Below, one piece after another: positions 41,801-53,800 of a stretch of DNA of 64,000 nucleotides. A model generated the notes under the pieces. That model had not been told where the DNA came from, searched no databases, and saw only the letters and a program-made list of their open reading frames with translations. Both the position numbers and the translations under genes were made by a program. The stretch comes from Lytechinus pictus (Eukaryota), in assembly GCF_037042905.1 (NCBI RefSeq), contig NC_087245.1, positions 24,740,001 to 24,804,000 on the forward strand, read 5' to 3'. Numbering within the stretch: the first letter of the stretch is position 1; every line of letters begins with the position of its first letter.

Positions 41801-44800
41801 GACATCATAACTTAGAAAGTATATGGACCTAGTTCATGAAACTTGGACATAAGGTTTATCAAGTATTACTGAACATCCTGCCTGAGTTTCAGGTCACATG
41901 ACCAAGGTCAAAGGTCATTTAGGGTCAATGAACTTAGACCATGTTGGGAAAATTATTTTCAAAATCTTAACCGAAGGTTAAGTTTTTGAAATGACATCAT
42001 AACTTAGAAAGTATATGGACCTAGTTCATGAAACTTGGACATAAGGTTCATCAAGTATTACTAAACATCCTGCCTGAGTTTCAGGTCACATGACCAAGGT
42101 CAAAGGTCATTTAGGGTCAATGAACTTAGACCATGTTGGGAAAATTATTTTCAAAATCTTAACCGAAGGTTAAGTTTTTGAAATGACATCATAACTTAGA
42201 AAGTATATAGACCTAGTTCATGAAACTTAGGCATAAGGTTAATCAAGTATTAGTGAACATCCTGCTCGAGTTTCAGGTCACGTGACCAAGGTCAAAGGTC
42301 ATTTAGGGTCAATGAACTTTGGCCAAGTTGGGAGTATTTGTTGAATTACCATCATAACTTTGAAAATGTATGGATTTAGTTCATGAAACTTGGACATTAG
42401 GTTAATCAAGTACCACTGAATATCCTGTGCGAGTTTCAGGTCACATGACCATGGTCAATGGTCATTTAAGGTCAATGAACTTTGGCCGTGTTGGGGGTAT
42501 ATGTTAAATTACCATCCTAGCTCTGAAAGTTTATGGATCTAGTTCATAAAACGTGGACATAAGAGTAATCAAGTATCACTGAACATCCTGTACGAGTTTC
42601 AGGTCACATGACCATGGTCAAAGGTCATTAAAGGTCAATGAACTTTGGCCGTGTTGGGGGTATTTGTTGAATTACCATCCTAACTGTGAAAGTTTATGGA
42701 TCTAGTTAATAAAACTTAGGATATAAGAGTAATCAAGCATCACTGAACATCCCCTGTGAGTTTCAGGTCACAAAACCAAGTCAAAGGTCAGTTAAGGTCA
42801 ATAAACTTAGGCCATGTTGGGGTAATTGTTGAAGTGCCATCATAACTTTGAAAGTTTATGGATAGAGTGAATGAAATGTGGACATGGGTGTAGTTGACAG
42901 TCTTAAGTCTCCGTTCAAATGTCATGTATGGTCAATGAACGTGGTATTATGTCATTATATGAATGATGTTTTTGTGAATGATTATTTTATAGTAGTTTTC
43001 AAAGTTAGCACTGCTGCTATATTAAATTGCGTAATGCAGGCGAGACTGCCAGAGGCGTTCCACTTGTTGTGTAATAGCATGCACACTTCATGTCATATTT
43101 CGTTTTCTTTTTGTTTTATTCTTTTTTGCTTGTGTACACAGTTTGAATCTCCATCATGATCCTGACTATGGGTGTAATAACGGACATCATGTCATGTCAT
43201 CAGCCAGACCTGTCGGCGTGCAGTCTTTCAAGTGGTCGCTCTGCAGTGCACAGCAAATAAAAATCTTTCTTACGTAAGTTATTCGATGGTGTTTCTGCAT
43301 TTATTGATAATTCAAAACATAAAACCACAGAAATCATCATGATCATAGAATATAATATAAAACACATACAAAATGATTGATCAAATCATAAATTGTGACA
43401 TTAACATATAGATAATATACATGATTCATGTTAATACAATTAAATATAATTGAACTGCAGGGGCCAGCTATAATAAGCTAAATGCCATAAAAATAAACAG
43501 CCAGTATTGGTGAGGCTGTGGAATGAGTTTCATTCACATTATCAGAGTTATAAAAATGAAGTATCAAAATTATTAAGATATATCAAATCAATATCCAAAG
43601 GCACTTGCCAATTTTTACTTTTATTTTGTAGACTAATGAGTAAAACTGCAAAAATGAGGGTACTTTGCAGATTCATGGGGGGTCCATTTTGGAAGGTGTC
43701 GGCTGGTATTTTCTAGCAGTCATGATGTCAGTTTCTATATGATTGTAATGTACACCCACGCTTATACCATGTAACTTATCAAATCATTGGCCTGCACTAA
43801 TTTCTGACTCGGCCTTCGCTTGCTTTAAATTGAAATCAAATTCGATATTAACATTCAGATGACAATTCTAGTCCTTGCTCAGGACAAAATTTGAATCTTC
43901 TTGTCAGATCTTATTCCAATTTCTGCAACGAAAACCAGATATTATTTTAGACAGATATTTGAAACAAAATACAGACCCTTCCCTATTATTGTCCCTAACC
44001 TAAATTTAAATATGATATTTAGTTTTCTATTTTCTTTCCATGACAGTAATCGGCTATCATCTTGCCTCAATGATGCACCAAGTATTGACGATCCAGAAGT
44101 AGACTTGTTAGTTGTGGATGACCTTCCGGGTCAACGATACAGTCTCCCAGCCCAATGTCAGTTGGCCTATGGAGCTAGCTCAACCGTGTGCTCACAATCT
44201 GTAAGATTCGAATGAGAAGGGTTTTTTTATAAAAAGTATGTTAAATATGACCTTCCAAACCGAAAATTAGAAGATAGGCAGAAGAGAAGCGCTTTCTTAG
44301 CCAATGGCAATTTAGAGACATATAAATCAAATTATAAACCAATTGACAAAATTCTAATGCAAAACTTTGGAACGTTGTGGCCTAGTGGATTAGTCTCTGA
44401 CTTTGAAAGTTACTATTATTTATCAAATGCAAACGAATTTAAACGAATTCAACCAATTGTGCAAGAAAATACTTTTTGTTTTAAATTTTATTTCAAAGAT
44501 CTGTCTGCATCTACAATGTGCCACTCTTTGTTACCATACTGTATGTTTCTTTTTTTCTCAAATCATCCAAGCAGGTATGTGGAAGTCTAGGATGCCAGGA
44601 AGGTGGTTACTGTCATTATTCTGGAATCATGATCATGGAGGGAACAACCTGTCGTCCTGATAAGGTATCATTTAATTAAACAGCCAATTAAAATAAATGT
44701 TTATTAAGATCTTTGATAGTCATTAATTTAACATGTGTCATGGTAGATTCCAACTGTCTATTCAAATAATTTATTTTAGAGTGGTAAAGATATTCATAAT

Positions 44801-47800
44801 AAGCGGATACTGATAATAACATTTTATATCTCAGATAGTATTCAACAAATCAACTTAATGATCATTCTTCAAATGTATTCACGATCTTAAACAGTATCTT
44901 GCTGTATAGAAAATTAGAAAATGATATCATCTTAAGCATGTTAAGAATGGGCGTTGTGGCGTGCGCCTGTAATCCAAGCTATGTCGGGAAGTTACAAATT
45001 GATGCAGAGGTTCGAGGTTCGAGCCCTGGTCACGTCTTTCGGATGGTGAGGTTTAAGGTCGGTCCCAGATGTAAATAATCATATCTGATTGATACACGTC
45101 TGACAAAAACTCAAATACACACATGTTAAGAATAAAAACAACAATGTTTTCCATATAACCAATGTTTGAAGAAAATTGCACTTGTTTAAGGAAAGAAAAA
45201 ATGTTTAATATATTGATTTTGGCCTTTTCTCCTTGCAATATGACTTTGTTTAATGTCTCCTGTGACAATATGTTATTTCTCTGTTCCATGCATGTATGCA
45301 GTGGTGTGTAAGCGGTAAGTGTGTGGCAGTCAGCGATGGACTACCGGGCCCTGTTGACGGTGGTTGGTCGGAATGGGAACGTCACTTCAGTGAATGTTCT
45401 AGATCTTGTGGGACAGGGATTCGAGTAAGAAAGAGAAAATGCAACAACCCTACCCCCGTGTACGGAGGTCTCGCGTGTCAAGGTGAAGGGCGGGATGTTC
45501 AGCTTTGTAATATGATGGTAAGATCAAACAAAATTTATAATACGTAAATACAATGAAACTACCTAATTGTATTTTTGTTCTTAAAAATTTGACTCCGCCC
45601 CTCCTCCCCCCACCCCAAACAAAACATGTGCCGACCAACCCTAATTTCCATCCCTTTTCTACCCTTGTCAACCTTTTTAACATGAAAAAAATATATAACA
45701 ACAGGGGAATTTCTCGCTGCACTTAAATCTTAGAATATTTATACAAGAGATTTACAGTACATACAACTTTCCGGCAGAGAAAACCCCGCAATATTATTCA
45801 CAAGCTTTTTTGCAGGTATTTTTTATATGCCTTGCTCACCTATCTCTGCCAATAATGTCTTTCAAGGGTCATAGCCATGAAATAGGAGCTTGCATGGCCA
45901 TCAGAATATTCGTAAAATAACCGCACCATTTTTGCTGCTTTTTGCTTATAGAGATGATGTAAAGTAATTGGATATCTATTGTTATTTTCAGTCGTGTCAC
46001 AACGTAACATTGGATGATTATAAAAATGAGCAATGTGCTGCAACAAACGGCTTAAAATTCAACAATCAGTACTATACATGGAGAGCCTTCTTATCATCGT
46101 TGCTCAAAGGTAAATATCACATGCAGAAGACGAGCCCCCAAACCTCCCCCATATATATGTATATAAAAGGAGACAGGGTGGCGCCAAAGTGGGGAAGGGG
46201 TGACCCCCCTCCTCTCTCTTTCTCTCTCTCCACCGCGATTATTCAAGTAGTGAAGGGGGAGAAGAGGAGGAAAAGGGGAAAAAACATAAAAAGTGGAAGA
46301 AAGGGCCATGTATAAGATACTTTTCAATTGAGAAAAAATGACATCATATTTAGGTCAGCCCCTATCAAAGTAATGGTGTCGCCCTTGTGCACATACACAC
46401 ATTCCACTCCAATTCTACTTGGGCAGGGTACAAGCATTGCATCCTGATATTGTCAGCTCATTCAATTCTTGATAATCAAAATATGCAGATATTTCTTTTA
46501 TTTTGATTGTATATTGACCACCCAAAATAACTGTATATCCTCCGAATCTTGTCTTAGGGTATACGGATTCATAATATCTATATAGTGAATTTGAATAGTG
46601 GCCGGCATTTTTAAGGCAATTTGTTGGAATGTTCCCCAGGATGGAGAAAGTGCATACATTGTGTGTGGACATGCCAGGATACGTTATATAAATATAAGTA
46701 TTATTATCATTATTAGTTACCAAAACTTTATATAGGCTTTAAGATTACCCTGATATTGTCGTGACCAACTTCTTCTTAATCGCTCAGATAACAACCAGCG
46801 TGAATCATATTCTATATTCTTGACAAGACTATTGACCATTTTTTTAACTAACCAAGATTCAATGTTTTGTATGAGTCTATCACATTGAAATTAGGGTATT
46901 AATAATGATAAGATAGAAGACAATAAGATATTATGGTATCAAATTTCTCCTCAAGTTTAAATCTTTACCACTCTAACACCAACAGGTAACAATGTTTGCA
47001 AGCTTCAATGTATATCAAATGCAAACTTCTACGCCCTCCGTGAGCCAGGGATGTATGCAGACGGTACACTATGCTGGCATCATGAAATTGGAGATCAAAG
47101 ACTAACAAAAGCCTGTGTCGACGGAATTTGCAAGGTAATTCTAATGCTTAAATGCATACCGTTTGATCAAATCATTTTACGTGAAAACGACAGAATTACG
47201 GTTACGGGGAGGGGGCTGATGTTGCGTTTGACCATGGAGGTCAAAAAGCGCCTCCACGATTTGACTTTGACTTTAAGCGAAAGGTCTATTTAATTTTCAG
47301 ATAAAAGGATCCATAAATCTTTGTAATTAGATAAACCATAGTTAAAATCACTGTAAAACTCTGTGAATTTTAAGGAGTTTGCTGACGCCCGTCACTCTAA
47401 CAACTATAGTTCAAGTTTTAAGAAGTTTTGAAAAGTGTTGAATATTTTTGGAGATTTCAAACAAGTCTAAACAACAACGTCTTGTTAGAGTGATGGGTTT
47501 AAACAAGGTGCTTCCAATTTTTACAGCAGTTTTTTTTATATACAATAACGAACCTTCGGAAATACGATTGCATCATGCCAAAGTGAGCATTTTCCTCTTC
47601 CATCGTCCTCTTACTTTATAGGAGTTTGGCTGTGATGGAGTGATGGGCTCTGGGCGTATCAAAGATGTATGTAGTAAATGTGATGGCTCTGGAAGAACGT
47701 GTAAGAGACATATGGGAAGAATTAGAAACGTCGGAGCAGTGCATGGTAAGAACATGGAGGTAAAATGGTAAGATTTTTATTTGTCATTCAAAAATTTTCC

Positions 47801-50800
47801 ATCACTATAACAAAGAGGTCGGCGTCAGGATATTGTTATAGGAGAGGTGGGACAAGACAACCGAAATTGGGATGATTTCATATTTTTAAAATCCATTATT
47901 ATTAAATCGTTAGAAAATTTCTTCTGGAAAAAAGGAAAAAAGGTTCCTGCAGCAGTCTGGAGAACACATGTAATCTTACATTGCGCAAAATTACAGAAAA
48001 TTGGTATATGGACTCTGAAACCTTACAAATTACCAGTAATAAAACCCTTTTTCCCCCCTATTTAACAAAAGAAGTTGCAGAAAACATCCTGTTATAACAA
48101 TTCACAAAATGATTCTGTATTTTTTCTATGAAGTTTTTGGGGGGACAAAGTAGTCCACGATCATAATGTAATGATGTAACTATTTTTCGCGATTAGTAAA
48201 AATGACAAAAGGAAATTAATGTGTTCCTATCTAAGAATTGTATTATTGAAACTCTAAATTACTATGACGTAAATGAAATTAGTTTTGAAATCAATAAGGT
48301 TGAATGACTTTTATAATTACATTTAAAGTTATTGCTCTTTTATTGTTAATTTTTCTTTTATTGTTCATTAATGTTTGCAAATTCCAGTAGTGGTTCAATT
48401 CAATTAATTTAGTCGTTTCAATCAAAAACTTTGAAAAATGTACATTTATCATTTAAGAATCCAATTATATAGGAATTGAAGACAAAATACCCAAAACACA
48501 AGGGTAACAAAAGAAAAGAATAAGATAAACTATGACAATCAAAGAAATGAAAAATGGCGCACCTGCCGAAAACTTATTGTAGCATTAATGTGTCCAAAAA
48601 TATAAGAAATTGCTGTTTGATGGCTCAAATTCGTTCTTCTTTTTATTTCAGATTTTAAGACATTTCTTCAAATTCCAGTGAATTCGACAGGAATCAAGAT
48701 TACGAATCAGAATCTTCGATACACCCATATGTGTGAGTATTCATTTTGTTTCTCGTAGTATCAGATAGATTAGAATTACCACCATCTTTGCCATCATCAT
48801 CGTCGTCGTCGTCGTCATCACCCAGGGGCCGCGGAACCGGGGGGCTGGGGGGGCTTCAGCCCCCCCACTTTTTTCCAAAACTGTGTACAAAAACGTAAAA
48901 ATGACCATATGATTGTGATTTTTAGCATGGTCAGCCCCCCCCCCCCCACTTTTGGCTCAGCCCCCCCACTTTGAAAATCGTTCCGCGGCCCCTGTCACCT
49001 TCATAATTATCATGTCTATCCGTACCATCATCGCCTTGATCATCTTCTCTTTCATCATTACCTTCACATTTTAATTATGAATATATCTCTATTCCGCGTT
49101 ATGAACTCGTTTTATCAAGTTCATTGAAACTCGTTTGAGGCTGTCATGTTTTCAAGCACATTTTGCGTAAATAATGACATTCCTTCTTTTGCATTTAGAC
49201 AAGGTAGTATGAACCATGATTAATGCATATCGATTATAATGTTTTGGTCGCATTTGCGAACATTACTTTAGTTGATTTTTTTCGCTATTTCCTAGATTTT
49301 TTCCCTTTTTTATCATATGTTATATTTTGAAACGTTATGTGTTTATAGATAAATATGAATGCAGAAGATCATAAATCATACAAACGACTTCACTGATCAC
49401 TAAGATAGTTTTGTCCTTATTCTGCAGGGGCCGTGGAAACGGGGGGGGGGGGGCTGGGTGGAATTCAGCCCCCACTTTCTTTCCAAAACTCTGTACAAAA
49501 ACGTAAAAATTACCATCCGATTGTGATTTTGTGCATGGTCAGTCCCCCCCTTTCAAAATCGTTCCGCGGTCCCTGATCTGCCCGTCAATCCGATCTCCAT
49601 CCCGGTGTCTCCATCTCCCATCATGCTCTCTCAACTTCGTGCTCCTTACCGAACTCATCCCTTTTCCCGATTTCCAGCGGTTGAAGCCGACGGTGAGATA
49701 GTATTCCGCGGCGAGATGTTCATCCCTCCTCTGAGCCAGCGATACAGCCACAGTGGTATGGTCATCAAGTATCTAGCTGATGCCTTCCACAACAGAGAGC
49801 ACATCTGGGTACTCTCCGGTCCCACCACTGCTGTCTTGGATGTATCCGTGATCTTACTACACAATCCTAGATACCTTGGGAGTCGGGTCAAACCGGATAT
49901 TACATGGGAATACTACGCTCCTGTTTCTGAAACCGTCTTCTACTAGTAAGTCGGTCTCTTGATAGGAGGGAGTTCACGCACCGCGATGTAGAACAGATTC
50001 AAGAACATAGAAAATGTATATTGTAATGATCTTCATGACAAACAGCAACCAAGAAGTCTTTGTCGAAAATTGGTAAATCAAAACAGCAGTTTTCAACCTG
50101 GTCTCTGGACAAATACTATTTGCAATTTTTCGTCAGCTCCGAAACTTAAGACAAAAGTGCTTTTCTTGAATCCGTTTTGCGTCTCGGTGCCGCGGAAACT
50201 CCGCAATCTTGCAATGTCAAACGCGTCGGTCGCAGTATCAACGCACATATAAGATTAGTTTGTCTCAAAGCTTCTAATGTTATAAAGCCTTGTTATCATG
50301 TTGATTCAGATGATCATGGTTTTGCAGTTTTACGAAAAGAAACATGGTCCATGTGAACTTTGTATTACTATCGCTCCTAATTTTGTAAATAAATATAGTG
50401 AAATTTTCATTTTGCACTATTTCTATTATCTTGGGGCGTAGTTTGTTGACATTTACCATTTATGACTTTACATACGATTCTTTGTTGTTTAGTTGGCAGC
50501 ATGAAACTGTCAGTGGGTGCTCAGTGACGTGCGGAGGAGGGATCAAAAGCAGACGAGTCTTTTGTGTTGAGGTGAGTATTTATGATTAATAGTCAGCAAA
50601 CACGTAATATTTCACGTTTCTTTGAATTTTTGTATGGTGGTATAGTTGTACAGATAACATAGAGGTTTCTGGTTCACAAAGTTCTTAGTCCAGAAAAGAT
50701 CAGCTGGGATTGTGAAATGGCGATAAATGGATGATGAATGGATGAGAGAGAAGAGATAGAAATTTAGTAGATTACAAAAAAGATGGTTTCTATATGAAAC

Positions 50801-53800
50801 AAAATAAAATCTCAATTGAAATTGTGTGTTAAAGACGGAATGACGGAATAAGCCTTATGTTTTTCGTGCATAATATTATTCTAACAATTATGAAATAATT
50901 GCTTCTGGAAGGAAAATATGCCGACTCAAGAAATATTATTTTATTAGAGCGTTTGTGCCAAATTTTCGCCGCGGCCGCCGGAACGGCCACTGGGGTTATA
51001 TCTTGTCAACATTATTTGCTTTATTAAAATTGATTATGGGTAACTTAATATTAAATATTGAAATATTTCGACAATAACTAGAAAACGGCAAAGTCTGCAA
51101 AATTTAATGCATTGTGCTTAATAACTTTCATTAAAATAACCAAAACTTTCCTCCAGCATTTTATAATGTATGTATATTTTTTTATCTGTGCAAATAGAAT
51201 ATTGGAGGTGTAGCAGCCGAAGTCAGTGATTTATTTTGTGACCCATCTAAGAGGCCCTCAGAGCATCGTAGCTGCTCCAATCAACCCTGCCCAGTACCTA
51301 TATGGGTTGTTGGACAATGGAGTCTAGTAAGTTGATAAGATATTTATATACACTTATTTTATTTAAAAAATTATTTCAATATAAACTCTAACGTTGACCT
51401 TAAAATGGACCTTTAACCTTACCATGTGACCACCGACTGCAACATAACAGGGAAATAAAATACAGATGTCTGAAATAAAGTATAATGGGAGTCTTAAAAA
51501 TTTGCACATTTTCATTCGTAAAATGTGAGCAGTTCACTTAACCTCAATTTTGATGTCATTTTTTTTTAATTCTCGTGAAATTTCCTTTCAGAAAGAGTAT
51601 ACTATTTTATGGATAGGGTGAATACTTTCAAAGTTCTGACCATTTTTATACCGATAGATGCGCTATCATTAGCTTTGGGTTACGTAACACAAAATGGGGC
51701 GAGTTCAAGACACATGGCCTTTAAAGAGGCTGGTGGGTTGTTAATAAAACCGTAGGGCATTTAGATAACATTTACGCTTATTATAACAATGTTTTCATTA
51801 TTTTTTTTTATATCTTATCATCTTTCTGTTGTTTTTTTTTCAATGAAAGATCATAGGGACAGTCACCCGTCCCAGAAGCGGCTCAAGAGTTTAATTTGAA
51901 ATCTTTAGAATCAGTAATGAAATCATTTGTTTCTGAAAATTAATGACCTGTTTTCATTACTCGGTTATTTATTTGAATGAAATCCCCCATGACACAGAAG
52001 AACAATCTCAATAATATAATGCGTTAAGTTCTTATTTTGCCCTGGCAGTGCTCAGCGACATGTGACGTGGGAAGGAGAAAACGTGCGATGGCGTGCCTTC
52101 TGAATACAACGGGGGAACCAGTGCCTGGATTGTGCGATCCGAACCTCCAACCTGCAACCGAAGAACAGTGTGTTGAGGCACCCTGCCCCAGACCTACATT
52201 GGATGATAATGGTATTATCCTGTTCCGAGCCTTGCATGTGATTGTCATGTTATGTGTGAATGCATGCTTGCAGCTTTGAAAATAAATATTTTACAGTGTG
52301 AATAACAACTAACGCATGTATATTAAGGATCATAATGAGAGATGAATGACCATAATGTTATCTTTTATAATCAAATGAAAATCACTTTTGATAGCAGAAA
52401 CAGAGTACGGCTTCATGAGCCGAATTATAAAGAAAAAGTTCATATCTAACCTAGATGAACATCTTTTGGTAAAGGCTAATTTCTCTTACATGTGTCGTAG
52501 ATCTTGTGAGTAATAGAGCACATTGGTGATTGCTCATGCATACTGATTTAATCAGGCTTCTCTTTGAAAAGGAAAATTATGACAGAATCCGATTTAGTAG
52601 AAGATATTGGCTAATATTACAAAATTTTCAAAACCGGCCTTTCAGGTCAGTACATGATTTTGCATGTCATGCAATTTTAACAAAAAATGAATTTTGACGT
52701 GTTTTGTGTACTAATTGCATGCTGCCTATGTTTAACCAACGTACCTGCTTGATTTACTTTGTTGCTATCCAGTGACCATGTTAATACATTCTGCAAGCTC
52801 TTCAATGGACGCGAGTGACTCGATCACCCCATCAACATCCACCTCGCAGCTGACATCATATAAGACGACAGCGACGGCGACGTCGCATCATTCTATATCG
52901 CACAGCATGACACAAACAGTAGACAATGAATTGTATGCCATAGATAGTGATTCATTTACATCCGAGTCTCTTTCTTATATTAGTGTCGTCGGCATATTTT
53001 CTACAGATGCAACCAGAAATTCTGAACCACCGAATAACCCATCAACGACTAGCAGTGAGGCCGAGACAACTGTTGGAGCTACGAACATGCATGCCACTCT
53101 TTCTAGCAGTTTTCCAACCACCAGTTCAACATCCGATGGATTAAATAAGATTACATCTCAAACAGACACTCGTTCATCCCCGACTACAACCGCGGCAAGG
53201 AAATTGATATCAAAGTCACTTTATCCAAGTCTTTTAGTACCATCCTCAACTATATCCAATAGAGATGTCCCGTCCTCTTCCTCATCTCCGATATCAACCA
53301 CATCGTCATCCTTAGCGACATCATTGCCCACAACACCCATGCCCTCATCGCCGTCGCAATATCTATTGTCCCCGACATCATCATCATCATCATCGTCGTC
53401 GGGATTATTGACTGCCCACTTACCTTTAAATGAAGATTTACATGGTAACCAACTCCATGACGTAATATATTCTTCATATAGGGATGAAAATGTATTGGAT
53501 GAATCAGTTTTGCATCCCAAACTAGAAACCAACCATGCAACGCCGCCTGCATCAGTAGTGGAACCAGCATCGTCATCAGTGTCTATGCATGGAAATGTAT
53601 CTTATATCTTTTTGCGAGTCATTGTAGTTGCATGGATCGTCTTAGTTCTGCAATCGTTACCTCTCTTGGAAATACACTGAAAAGACTATAATGCATGTTC
53701 ATTGTTACGAGTATAAACCAGTTCTAGCCACCCTTGCCTAGATTTATCAAATAGAAAACTATTTATAATAGTGGAATTATATATTTATGGACTTGATTGC

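Noticed and set aside
53221..53576. Asp-rich and Met-rich minus-strand ORFs
   Set aside because: Antisense shadows of the Ser/Thr-rich exon.
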